64,000 nt of DNA from Chloroflexota bacterium (GTDB lineage Bacteria > Chloroflexota > UBA11872 > VXNJ01): NCBI GenBank assembly GCA_965261345.1, contig OZ253449.1, positions 1,760,001 to 1,824,000 on the forward strand. The letters are read 5' to 3'. Shown in pieces: positions 45,079-54,517 of this stretch. Positions within the stretch are counted from its first letter, which is position 1; each line of letters begins with the position of its first letter. A program made the translations under genes and the position numbers. The notes under the pieces were generated by a model. The model was not told the DNA's origin, made no database searches, and saw only the letters and a program-made list of their open reading frames with translations.

Positions 45079-46814
45079 CGGCGGATCGGTTGGGCGATCG
45101 CCTGCAGGCGAAAGATCTCGGCGTAGAGCCGATCGAGTTCCAGCAGCTCCGCATGGGTGCCGCGCTCGGTGATCTGTCCGTCCTCCAGCACCAGGATCTC
45201 GTCGGCGGCGCGCACCGAAGACACTCGCTGCGACACGATCAGCGAGGTCCGTCCCGCCAGCTGACGGTCGATGCTCATCTGGATCAGGCGTTCGGTCTCG
45301 GTGTCAACCGACGAGGTTGAATCGTCCATCGCCAGGATCGGCGCGTCCATCACCAGCGCCCGGGCGATTGTTACCCGTTGCCGCTGCCCGCCCGAAAGTC
45401 CCACCCCGCGTTCCCCGACGACAGTTTCGTAGGTTTCGGGCAGGGTGTCGATGAACCGTGAGGCTTGGGCCTGGCTGGCGGCCGACCGCACCGACTGCGG
45501 GTCGAGGTCGGGTCGCGCAAAGGCGATGTTTTTGCTTACGGTGTTGGTGAAAAGATAGGGGTCCTGGGCCACTGAAGAAATGTGCCAGCGCAATTCTTTG
45601 GCGTCGAAATCGGAAATCGGTCGCTGCCCGACTAGGATCTGACCGCGTTGTGGCTGGTAGTGGGCCTGCAGGAGATTGAGCAGGGTGGTCTTGCCGGATG
45701 CGGTCGGGCCGATAATGCCGATCGTGCCGCCGGCGCGCACGTTGAACGAGACTCCCTTAATGATCCAGTCGGACCCCGGCGAATAGCGGAACCAGACGTC
45801 ATCGAAGGCGACTGCGAGACCCTCGCGCGGGCGGTCTGGCGGCGGCGACTCCTCGACCACAGGCGGGCTGCGGTCAATGATTTCAAATATTCGTTCGGCG
45901 GCCACTATTCCGTTGATCATCCGCTGCACGAACGCTCCCAGCATCCGGGTGGGCTGGATAAGCGCCCCCATGTAGATGTTGAATGAGATCACGTCGCCGA
46001 TGCTGGCCTCGCCAGCGCCAACCAGTGAAAATCCATACCAGATCAGGACCACGGTTCCGATCGAGGACATAAAGAAAAGCACCGGCAGAAAGATCGCGAA
46101 ATAGCGAATCGTGCCGAGGATCTTTTGCACCAGGACTTCAACTTCGCCCTCGAACCGCTCAATCTCGCGGTCCTCCTGGGCGAAGGACTTAACAACCCGG
46201 ATGCCATTTAGGGATTCGGTCAGCACGTCGGTAAGGATCGAACGCTGGCGCATCACCGCCTGCCACTGGTAGCGGAATCGGCGCCCGAAATACAAGGTCC
46301 AGGCAATCATCAGTGGCAGCATGACCAGGGTTGCCAGGGCCAGTTTGAAGTTGATCGTAAGCATCAACGCGGCAAAGAAGGCGTACTTGCCCACCGATTC
46401 CGAGACCAGCAAAAAGCTCATCGCACCACCCTGGCTGGCAGATTGCACATCCGAGATGCCGCGTGTGATCAGGTCGCCCGAATTGTTGCGATCAAAGTAG
46501 CTGAAAGGCATCCGGTTGAGCGCCGCGAAATAGGCATTGCGCACGTCACGCGCAACCAATTGCGCGCCGTAGTGATTGGAGAATCCAAAAACGGCGGCAA
46601 ACAGTCCACGCAGCACCCACAGCCCTCCCGCCAGCACGGCGAACCGAACTAGGGCGGCGGTATCGTTGGACGCAATCCCTGAATCAATCGCCTCGGCGAT
46701 TGCCCGCGGAGCAAACCCTTCGGCGACGATCGATAGCGCCAGCGCGACCGCCGCCACCGCCCAGATCAATTGATGCTGACGGGCGAGCCGCAGCAGGCGC
46801 AGGGTTGCTTTCAG
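45075..46814 (-). CDS. ABC exporter subunit (TMD+NBD) with degenerate Walker B and switch; heterodimer partner
   Basis: GPTASGKT, LSGGQRQ, MDDSTS (E to D), VSQR (H to Q). The start is placed at CTG 46814 after AAGGA; the ORF track uses TTG 46769. Confidence 0.92.
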   Translation of the reverse strand: MKATLRLLRLARQHQLIWAVAAVALALSIVAEGFAPRAIAEAIDSGIASNDTAALVRFAVLAGGLWVLRGLFAAVFGFSNHYGAQLVARDVRNAYFAALNRMPFSYFDRNNSGDLITRGISDVQSASQGGAMSFLLVSESVGKYAFFAALMLTINFKLALATLVMLPLMIAWTLYFGRRFRYQWQAVMRQRSILTDVLTESLNGIRVVKSFAQEDREIERFEGEVEVLVQKILGTIRYFAIFLPVLFFMSSIGTVVLIWYGFSLVGAGEASIGDVISFNIYMGALIQPTRMLGAFVQRMINGIVAAERIFEIIDRSPPVVEESPPPDRPREGLAVAFDDVWFRYSPGSDWIIKGVSFNVRAGGTIGIIGPTASGKTTLLNLLQAHYQPQRGQILVGQRPISDFDAKELRWHISSVAQDPYLFTNTVSKNIAFARPDLDPQSVRSAASQAQASRFIDTLPETYETVVGERGVGLSGGQRQRVTIARALVMDAPILAMDDSTSSVDTETERLIQMSIDRQLAGRTSLIVSQRVSSVRAADEILVLEDGQITERGTHAELLELDRLYAEIFRLQAIAQPIRR

Positions 46815-46939
46815 CGCGGCGGATCCTTACATTAAGGAACGGTAATTGGGACGGTGCGCCACCGTCACGGCGAGGCGCAATATCGATTATCCCGCCCTGG
46901 ACGGGTGGCGCGGACGGACCGCTTCTCTTACGATTTGCC

Positions 46940-48808
46940 ATGACCCTGCCCAGTCACCCGGCCGAAAGCGGCATCGATCCGGCGCACATCAGTGCGTTGC
47001 CAGCCAGCCCCGGCGTCTACTTGTTCCGCGATTCGGACGGGACCGTCATATATGTCGGCAAGGCCGCTTCATTGCGGGCGCGGGTTCGCTCCTACTTTGG
47101 CTCGCGGCGCGGCTACACGCAGAAGAACCTGGCCTTGATCGAACGGATCGCCGGGGTCGAGGTGGTTGTTGGAGCAACCGAGGCCGAGGCGCTGCTGCTC
47201 GAGAGCAACCTAGTCAAACGGTACAAGCCCCGTTTCAATATCGCCCTCCGCGACGACAAGTCGTTTCTCTACATAAAGATTTCGGTCGGCGAGAAGTTCC
47301 CGAGGGTCTCCACCACACGTCGCGTTCTCGATGACGGCGCCCGCTATTTCGGTCCCTATGCGAACGCCAAGTCGCTTCGGCGGACCCTCAAATTGATCAA
47401 CAAATTGTTCCCGTTCCGGACCTGTGCCTTGGACATGGATCGCCTGTGGGATCGGCCGTGCCTCAAATTCCACATCGATTTGTGCAACGGTCCGTGCATC
47501 CGTGCGGTCGAGCCGGCCGAATACGCCGAGGTAATCGACTCGACGATCCGATTTCTGCGCGGCCGCACCGAACCGCTGGTTGCCGACCTGCGTGGGCAGA
47601 TGCGCGCCGCCGCCGCCGCGCAACATTACGAGGCCGCCGCCTTGGCCCGTGATCGCCTGGCGGCGATAGAGAGGGTCATGGCCGGCCAAAGGGCAATCGA
47701 TGACCGGGCCGGAGATATCGACGCTATTGGAATCGCGCGCGAGAAGCGCCAGGGGCTGGGGTTCGTGCTCAATGTGCGGGCGGGCCGAATCGTCGGCAAC
47801 AATTCGTTTGGCTTTGATCTGGCCGGGACCGAAGAGATTGGCGACATCGCCGGCGAGTTCGTGCGTGAGTACTATGCCCGGGCGGCCGACCTGCCCTCTC
47901 TGATCCTGCTTCCGGCGGTGATTGGCGAGCCCGGAATGGTTACCGCCGCGCTGAGCGCCAAGGCCCGGCGCAAGGTTTCCATCCTGGTTCCCAAACGCGG
48001 CGCCCGCCGCCAGTTGTTGGAGATGGCGACCAAGAATGCCGAGGAATCCCTGCGGATAGACCAACGCGCCCGTGGCAACTCGCGCCGCCGCCTGCGGACC
48101 GCGCTTGACCAGATCGGCGAGGTTCTGGCCCTGCGCCGATTGCCGCGCCGGATCGAATGCTTCGACGTATCGCACCTGCAGGGGTCCAACGTTGTGGCGT
48201 CGATGGTGGTCTTCGTCGATGGTCTGCCGCAGAAATCACAGTACCGGCGGTTTCGCATCAAGGGCGATTGGGGCAACGACGATTTCGCCTCGATGCGCGA
48301 GGTCATTTCGCGCCGCTTTGCCCGATTGGGGTCGCCCGGCGCGGCAACCGCAGGGCGAGGGCGCTCGGGTTTTACCGATCCGCCCGACCTGTTGGTCGTC
48401 GATGGTGGACGCGGACAGTTGAGCGCGGCCCTCAAGGGGCTCACCGACCAGCGTCAGATCGCTCTGCCGGTTGTGGCCCTGGCCAAGCGCGAAGAGGAGC
48501 TCTTTACAACAACCGCTTTGCGGCCGATCCGAATGCCGGCCAATTCAGATGGTCTCCACCTGCTGCAGCGTATTCGCGACGAGGCCCATCGGTTCGCGAT
48601 CAGCTACCACTCCAAGCTGCGCAGCCGCGGCGGACGCCGTTCGCAACTCGACGAAGTTCCCGGAATAGGCCCGGTCCGGCGCCGCCAGCTCATCAGGCAC
48701 TTTGGCTCACTGGCCGCAGTGCGCTCGGCCAGCGTCGAGGATCTGGCCAAGGCACCCGGGATTGGGCGATCCACCGCCGAGTCGATCCTGGCCGCGCTGG
48801 CCCCCTAG
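46940..48808 (+). CDS. uvrC: excinuclease ABC subunit C
   Basis: PGVY.F..IYVGKA..LR.RV.SYF, EALLLE.NL.K, RIECFD.S, PDL..VDGG.GQ, RDEAHRFA, C-terminal HhH; ATG at 46940. Confidence 0.97.
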   Translation: MTLPSHPAESGIDPAHISALPASPGVYLFRDSDGTVIYVGKAASLRARVRSYFGSRRGYTQKNLALIERIAGVEVVVGATEAEALLLESNLVKRYKPRFNIALRDDKSFLYIKISVGEKFPRVSTTRRVLDDGARYFGPYANAKSLRRTLKLINKLFPFRTCALDMDRLWDRPCLKFHIDLCNGPCIRAVEPAEYAEVIDSTIRFLRGRTEPLVADLRGQMRAAAAAQHYEAAALARDRLAAIERVMAGQRAIDDRAGDIDAIGIAREKRQGLGFVLNVRAGRIVGNNSFGFDLAGTEEIGDIAGEFVREYYARAADLPSLILLPAVIGEPGMVTAALSAKARRKVSILVPKRGARRQLLEMATKNAEESLRIDQRARGNSRRRLRTALDQIGEVLALRRLPRRIECFDVSHLQGSNVVASMVVFVDGLPQKSQYRRFRIKGDWGNDDFASMREVISRRFARLGSPGAATAGRGRSGFTDPPDLLVVDGGRGQLSAALKGLTDQRQIALPVVALAKREEELFTTTALRPIRMPANSDGLHLLQRIRDEAHRFAISYHSKLRSRGGRRSQLDEVPGIGPVRRRQLIRHFGSLAAVRSASVEDLAKAPGIGRSTAESILAALAP

Positions 48809-48814
48809 GCCGGG

Positions 48815-49831
48815 CTAGTCCAGCTTTACCGCCTCGCCGCTGCGGCCCGACTGGTAGGCGGCCATTACGATCTGCAGATTGCGGTAGCCGGCGGCGAACG
48901 AAACCGGAGGCGGTCCTCCACTTTCCAGCGCGTCGGCGTATTCGGCGAATATGCCTTCAAAACCATAGTCCCAACCGGATCCGCCGGGCAGGCTCACCGC
49001 TTCGACGTTCTCGCCGCGCCGGATCGTAATCGGGCTCTCACCGCCGCGTTCAAACCGCATTACGCCTTCGCGTCCGTGCACCTCTGTCACCGGCAGCGCG
49101 CCGCCACCGGCCCAACCCTGGTTAATGATTGAGCGTGAGCCGTTAGTGTGGGCCAATTGGATCAGCCCGAGGTCCTCAACGTCGATATCGTGCACGAAGG
49201 TCCCAACCCCGGCATAGACCGAACTGGCCGGCGAACCCATGAAAGCCTCGGCTAGATAGAGCTGATGGTAGGCGTTGTCGATGACCGCGCCGCCGCCGCC
49301 GCGCGCCGCCTTGGATCGCCAGGTCGGATCGTAGCCAATCGCACCCTGGTAGTGGTCTCCGGAAAAATGCTCACAGCGATAGAGATAAGGGTCGCCGATC
49401 GCTCCGCTGGCGATTACCTCACGCGCCCGAACGTTGATCGGCTGCCAGAGGTAGTTGTGAATGATGCAGGCCGGCCGGCCGGCGCGTTCCACCGCGGCCA
49501 CCATCCGGTCGGCTTGGGCCATGCTGGTGGCCATCGGCTTCTCCATTAGCACCGCCTTGCCGGCGGCGGTCGCATCAAGCAGCGAACGCAGGTGCAGGAA
49601 ATGCGGAAGCGCCATATCGACCAGCTCAACCTCGTCGAGCGCCAGCAGGTCGCTCCACTCGGTAAACCGCCGGTTGGCGGGAACGTTGAGGAGGTCGCCG
49701 ATCAGGTCACGACGGACCGGCGTGGTGTCGCTTACCGCCACCACCTCGAATCGGTTCGCCAGTTCGGCAAACACCGGTGCGTGGCCATCCTCAATGATTC
49801 GCCCGCAGCCGATTATTCCGACTCTAATCAT
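48815..49831 (-). CDS. Gfo/Idh/MocA oxidoreductase
   Basis: GIIGCGRI, EKPMA, WR....GGGA.ID...H. Confidence 0.9.
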   Translation of the reverse strand: MIRVGIIGCGRIIEDGHAPVFAELANRFEVVAVSDTTPVRRDLIGDLLNVPANRRFTEWSDLLALDEVELVDMALPHFLHLRSLLDATAAGKAVLMEKPMATSMAQADRMVAAVERAGRPACIIHNYLWQPINVRAREVIASGAIGDPYLYRCEHFSGDHYQGAIGYDPTWRSKAARGGGGAVIDNAYHQLYLAEAFMGSPASSVYAGVGTFVHDIDVEDLGLIQLAHTNGSRSIINQGWAGGGALPVTEVHGREGVMRFERGGESPITIRRGENVEAVSLPGGSGWDYGFEGIFAEYADALESGGPPPVSFAAGYRNLQIVMAAYQSGRSGEAVKLD

Positions 49832-49880
49832 CTAGCCGGCACCGGGTCGTTGATCGGGCTCTGCGGCCTGGCACGGGTGG

Positions 49881-50732
49881 TCAATGGTTATCGCCGCCGA
49901 TATCAAATTTGAGCACTTCCCGCAGGTAGCGGGTGTTGTTGGCCAAGCTCTCCCGCGGAGTGGTTTGACTGCGGTCCAATTCGATCGTTAGCCAGCCGTC
50001 GTAATCGGCCTCGCGCAGAACCTGAACAAACCCCGGCGTGTCGACGATCCCTTCGCCTAGCTCGGAAAAGAACGCCAATGTCGGCGCCCGGCCCTCCTGC
50101 TGTTTGTTGGCCTCCGGGGTTTCCAATTCGGGCGAATAGTCCTTGATGTGGACGTAACTGATGATCGAAGCGTAGCGCTCGCACAGGGCCACCGGGTCGG
50201 CGCCGGCCTTGGCGATGTGGGCCGGGTCGAGAACCATCTTGACCTTGTCGGTATCGACCATGTCAAAAATCCGGTGGATCTCGCTCTCCTCCTGCACGGG
50301 AGTGGCCCAGTGCGGGTGGATGCCGGCGACTACTCCCATCTCCAGGCAGCGTTCGCCGATCTCATTGGCCACCGTCGCCATGGTTTGGAACTGCTGTTTG
50401 CTGGTGCCTTCGGGCAGGTGCGGCGCGGACGGCCCCAGGACGAGGCGGTCGGCCCCCATCGATGCCAGAAAATCGGCGATCCGCATGTTCCATTCGATCG
50501 TCGCCGCTTCCTCGCCGGCGGCCCAGAAGCGTGCGCCCCCGTAGAGGGCCGTCAAACGCACGCCGGCGTCGTTGAATTTGGCCTGCAATTCATCCTCGCG
50601 GCCGGCGAAATCGTCGACGACGCCGGCGAACGTCTCGGCCCCGCGGTAGCCGAATTCGGATATTTCCTTGAGCGCCAGATCCAGTTCTTGGCGCCAGGTT
50701 ATCTGGTGCACGGAGAGTCGAAAGGTGGCCAT
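49881..50732 (-). CDS. sugar phosphate isomerase/epimerase (xylose-isomerase-like TIM barrel, IolE-like)
   Basis: HPH, LDPAH, YVHIKD, ELGEG.VD, YDGWL.IE.D. Confidence 0.85.
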   Translation of the reverse strand: MATFRLSVHQITWRQELDLALKEISEFGYRGAETFAGVVDDFAGREDELQAKFNDAGVRLTALYGGARFWAAGEEAATIEWNMRIADFLASMGADRLVLGPSAPHLPEGTSKQQFQTMATVANEIGERCLEMGVVAGIHPHWATPVQEESEIHRIFDMVDTDKVKMVLDPAHIAKAGADPVALCERYASIISYVHIKDYSPELETPEANKQQEGRAPTLAFFSELGEGIVDTPGFVQVLREADYDGWLTIELDRSQTTPRESLANNTRYLREVLKFDIGGDNH

Positions 50733-50803
50733 GGCGAGTTTGATCCTTCTTCCAGGTTGCAGTCAGGACTGATTGAATTTAATTTTAGTTGCGACGCCGT
50801 TGG

Positions 50804-51775
50804 TCAGGCCCAGTAGGCCTCGCCGGCGGGTTCGAAAACAGTGGCTTGGCGCAGGACGTCGATTCCTTTTTCCAGACCCTCTTTGGGCGACATCAGGCTG
50901 TCTTCGTGCTCAATCGAGAGCGCACCGTCATAACCTATGAGCCGCAATTCGGACACGATCGCCTTCCAGTCCTCAACGCCGTGGCCGTATCCGATCGAGC
51001 GAAAGATCCAGGACCGTTCGATCTCGCGGGTGTAGGACTTGGTGTCTAGCACACCGGTGCGATCGGCGTTCTGCGGATCTACCTTTACGTCCTTGGCATG
51101 GAAATGAAACATCGCTCCGGCCCGGCCGACCGCCCGGATGGCGGTGGGGATGTCCATCCCTTGCCACCAGAAATGCGAAGGGTCGAAGTTGGCACCGATC
51201 CCCTCGCCGACCGAATCGCGCAGCAGCAGCAGGGTGTCGATGTTGTAGACACAGAATCCCGGGTGGGCCTCAAGCGCGATTTTGGCGACGCCGTGGTCGG
51301 CGGCAAATGCGGTCTGCTCCTTCCAGAACGGGACAAGCACCTCGTCCCACTGATAGGCAAGAATCGCCGGATAGTCGGGCGGCCAGGCGCAGGTGACCCA
51401 ATTCGGGTAGGTCGCCCCGGGCGAGTCGCCGGGGCAGCCGGAGAATGTGATCACGGTGTCCAGGCCCAGCTTTTCGGCCAGCAGGATGGCGTTGCGCTGG
51501 TCGGCAAGGTGGCCTGCGGCCAACTCCCGGTTCGGATGAATGGGATTGCCGTGCATCGACAGGGCCGAGAGCTCCAGGCCGGAATCGGCCAGCACCTGCG
51601 AGAACTCGGCAAATTTTTCATCGCTGGCGAGGAGTTCGGCGGCGTCGCAATGGGCATTGCCCGGATATCCGCCGCAACCCAATTCGATTGATCCGCATCC
51701 GACGTCGCGCAGATAGCCGGCCACTTGGGCCAGCGGCCGGTCGGAGAACAGGACCGCAAAGACTCCGATTTTCAC
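50804..51775 (-). CDS. sugar phosphate isomerase/epimerase (xylose-isomerase-like TIM barrel)
   Basis: HGNPIHP, FSGCPGD, PNW, LEAHPG, NFDPSH..WQG, HFHAKD, SIEHED; SD GGGGAGGT before GTG 51775. Confidence 0.9.
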   Translation of the reverse strand: MKIGVFAVLFSDRPLAQVAGYLRDVGCGSIELGCGGYPGNAHCDAAELLASDEKFAEFSQVLADSGLELSALSMHGNPIHPNRELAAGHLADQRNAILLAEKLGLDTVITFSGCPGDSPGATYPNWVTCAWPPDYPAILAYQWDEVLVPFWKEQTAFAADHGVAKIALEAHPGFCVYNIDTLLLLRDSVGEGIGANFDPSHFWWQGMDIPTAIRAVGRAGAMFHFHAKDVKVDPQNADRTGVLDTKSYTREIERSWIFRSIGYGHGVEDWKAIVSELRLIGYDGALSIEHEDSLMSPKEGLEKGIDVLRQATVFEPAGEAYWA

Positions 51776-51814
51776 TGTGGAATACCTCCCCAAAGAATCA
51801 TTTGGAAATATGGC

Positions 51815-53017
51815 CTAGTAGGCAATTTGAACCCGTGCCCCATCCATGGCCGCCGAATTGGCGATCGCCTCGCAGATTACGTCGGCCTTGTAGCCATCCT
51901 CAAAGGTCGCCCCCCACGGCGCAACGTCCTTGTCGTTGGCAACGCAATCGAGGAAATGACACAGCTCGTGGACGAACGTGTGCTCCCAACCGATCATGTG
52001 GCCCTGTGGCCACCAGTTGGTCCAGTAGGGGTGGTGCTGCTCGGAAACCATCACCGTGGCAAAGCCGTTGGCATTGGCGGGTTCGGAGTCTCCCGAATAG
52101 ACTTTGAGCTCGTTGAGCCGCTGGATGTCGAAGGCGATCGAACCCTTGGAGCCGTTGATCTCGAAAATGTTCCCGTTCTTGTTGCCATAAGCGTAGCGAG
52201 TGGCCTCCAGGGTTCCGATCGCCCCGCACTCGAATTCGACCAAGGCAAGATAGGCGTCATCTACCGTCACTGGCGCCATCCGGTCGGGACTGTCGGGGTC
52301 GGGACGCTGTTCTACGAACGTCTTTAGCATCCCGTTAACCGCTTTGGGTTCGCCGACCAGAAATCGCGCCAGGTCGATCGTATGGGCCCCCAGATCTCCC
52401 AAGCTGCCCGATCCCGCCTGTCCGATATCGAGTCGCCAGACCCGGGGGGCGCTTGCGTCCACCAGCCATTCCTGGAGATAGAACCCGCGAAAGTGGCGGA
52501 CCTCGCCGACCAATCCCTCCGCGATGAGCTGGCGGGCCAGGACGATCGCCGGCACGAAGCGATAGTTGAAGGCGGTCATGTGTTTGATGCCGGCCTTTTC
52601 GGCGGCCTGCCACATCTCTCGCGATTCGGCCGAATTGCGCCCCAGCGGCTTCTCCGAGATCACGTGTTTGCCGGCCGCGATAGCGGCCATATTGGCTTCA
52701 TAGTGCAGGTTGTTGGGGCCCGAATTGTCGACCACCTCAACCCTTGGATCGGAAATTACCTGCATCCAATCGGTTGCGTGACTGGCGAACCCATAGCGTC
52801 GGGCGGCCTCGGCGACCGCCTCCGGATTGCGCCCTGCCACCGCTTGGAGAACCGGGATCGCCGGAGGTGGATACATCATGTAGGGAATCTTTTTGTATCC
52901 GTTTGAGTGGGCCTTGCCCATGAAGGCATAGCCGAGCATCCCGATCCCGATCTCGGGGACCTCGCTCCCGTCGCTGACTACCGCCTGCGAATGAAATCCG
53001 CCTGTGTCCGTGGCCAT
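51815..53017 (-). CDS. Gfo/Idh/MocA oxidoreductase, levoglucosan/glycoside 3-dehydrogenase-like
   Basis: GYAFMGKAHS, EKPL, AFNYR, YLQEW, WR....AGSG.LGD...H, EATR, HPY...WWP.GH.IGWEH. Confidence 0.88.
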   Translation of the reverse strand: MATDTGGFHSQAVVSDGSEVPEIGIGMLGYAFMGKAHSNGYKKIPYMMYPPPAIPVLQAVAGRNPEAVAEAARRYGFASHATDWMQVISDPRVEVVDNSGPNNLHYEANMAAIAAGKHVISEKPLGRNSAESREMWQAAEKAGIKHMTAFNYRFVPAIVLARQLIAEGLVGEVRHFRGFYLQEWLVDASAPRVWRLDIGQAGSGSLGDLGAHTIDLARFLVGEPKAVNGMLKTFVEQRPDPDSPDRMAPVTVDDAYLALVEFECGAIGTLEATRYAYGNKNGNIFEINGSKGSIAFDIQRLNELKVYSGDSEPANANGFATVMVSEQHHPYWTNWWPQGHMIGWEHTFVHELCHFLDCVANDKDVAPWGATFEDGYKADVICEAIANSAAMDGARVQIAY

Positions 53018-53153
53018 TGGCAGTCCTACCCGTCGTTGCTACTTAAATATTTTTTCGGATTTGGGTGCGCCCAGCGCATTCGCGCCAGCGAACTGGTTTC
53101 ATAGTACGCATTGCCGGCGCCGCACCGATCGCCCGAATGACCGGGCGGCGGTC

Positions 53154-54488
53154 CTATCCGAGCGCCCGCCAAGCGAGTCGCCGGCCCAGATAATCGCCGA
53201 TCTCCGGGACCGGGATGCGGTCCTGGGCAAGCGAATCGCGATCGCGCACGGTCACGCAGCCGTCTTCTAGCGAATCGAAATCAACGGTGATGCAATACGG
53301 CGTGCCGGCCTCATCCTGCCGTCGGTAGCGTCGTCCGATCGCCCCGGACTCGTCGTAAAAAATCGGCCATTGATAGCACAACTCGGACTGGATTGTCTTT
53401 GCCAGTTCCTGTAGCGGCGCCCGTTTGATTAACGGAAAGACCGCAGCCTTAAATGGGGCCAGTCGCGGATCCAGCGCCAGCAGGGTTCTGCGGTCCTGGC
53501 CGCCCTTGGCGTTGGCGACCGTTTCCTCGCGGTAGGCCGACGCCAGGAAAGCGAGCACGCACCGGTCCACCCCGGCCGACGGCTCGATGACCCAAGGCGT
53601 CAGGTGCTCCCCCTTGGTTTCGTCAAAGATCGACAGCTTGACGCCGGAAGCGTCGGCATGGGCGCGCAGGTCGAAATCCGAGCGCCGGGCGATCCCTTCG
53701 AGTTCGTCCCAACCGAACGGAAATCTAAATTCCAGGTCGGATGTGCCGTGCGAATAGTGCGAAAGTTCGTCAGCCGCGTGGGCCCGGACCCTCAGGTCGC
53801 CGGCATCCACACCGTAGTCAAGATACCAGCGTCGACGACGATCGACCCAATATTCAAACCAGTGCGCGTCGTCGCCAGGCTCGCAGAAAAACTCCAGCTC
53901 CATCTGTTCGAATTCGCGGGTGCGGAAGATGAAGTTGCCGGTAGTGATCTCGTTGCGAAAAGCCTTGCCGATCTGGGCGATTCCGAACGGCAGGCGCAGG
54001 CGCGAGGTTGAGAGCACATTGCGGAAATTTACAAAAATCGCTTGGGCAGTCTCCGGCCGCAAGTAGGCGATGTCGGCTTCGTCTTCTAGCGGTCCGACGA
54101 AGGTCTTAAACATGGTGTTGAAGTTGCGCGGCGCCGAAACGGTCCCGCCGCAGTTGGAGCAGCGTCCGTCGGTTAAGTGGTCTTGGCGCAGACGCGCATT
54201 GCAGTCGGAACATTCGACCAGCGGGTCGGAGAAATTGTCCAGGTGCCCCGAGGCCTGCCAGACCGCCGGGGACATTAAAACAGCGGCGTTGATCCCGACC
54301 ACGTTCTGGCGGGCGATGACTATTTCGCGCCACCATGCTTCCTTGACATTGCGGACCAGCTCGGCCCCCAGCGGTCCGTAGTCCCAGGTGCTTTCGAAGC
54401 CTCCATAAATCTCGGAGGAAGGAAAAACAAATCCGCGCCGCTTGGCCAATGCCACCAGCGCGTCCATATTGGGTTCGGAACTGCTCAT
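53154..54488 (-). CDS. glyQS: glycine--tRNA ligase, alpha2 (single-subunit) type
   Basis: KRRGFVFPSSEIYGG, YLRPETAQ, IGKAFRNEIT, FRTREFEQME, ELEGIA.R, IEPSAG.DR, IGRRYRRQDE; ATG at 54488. Confidence 0.96.
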   Translation of the reverse strand: MSSSEPNMDALVALAKRRGFVFPSSEIYGGFESTWDYGPLGAELVRNVKEAWWREIVIARQNVVGINAAVLMSPAVWQASGHLDNFSDPLVECSDCNARLRQDHLTDGRCSNCGGTVSAPRNFNTMFKTFVGPLEDEADIAYLRPETAQAIFVNFRNVLSTSRLRLPFGIAQIGKAFRNEITTGNFIFRTREFEQMELEFFCEPGDDAHWFEYWVDRRRRWYLDYGVDAGDLRVRAHAADELSHYSHGTSDLEFRFPFGWDELEGIARRSDFDLRAHADASGVKLSIFDETKGEHLTPWVIEPSAGVDRCVLAFLASAYREETVANAKGGQDRRTLLALDPRLAPFKAAVFPLIKRAPLQELAKTIQSELCYQWPIFYDESGAIGRRYRRQDEAGTPYCITVDFDSLEDGCVTVRDRDSLAQDRIPVPEIGDYLGRRLAWRALG

Positions 54489-54517
54489 AGGCGCCTGGGC
54501 AAACATCTCGGATGTCT

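Noticed and set aside
46700-46939. N-terminal extensions given by the ORF track for uvrC (also aspS, glyQS, prs, mrp, rplS, coaE, acyP)
   Set aside because: The extensions overlap neighbouring genes or promoters and precede the family-typical N-terminus; internal starts were chosen.
46830-46939. LexA (GAAC-N4-GTTC) box upstream of uvrC or ruvB
   Set aside because: No convincing match was found by eye here or in 25231-25385.
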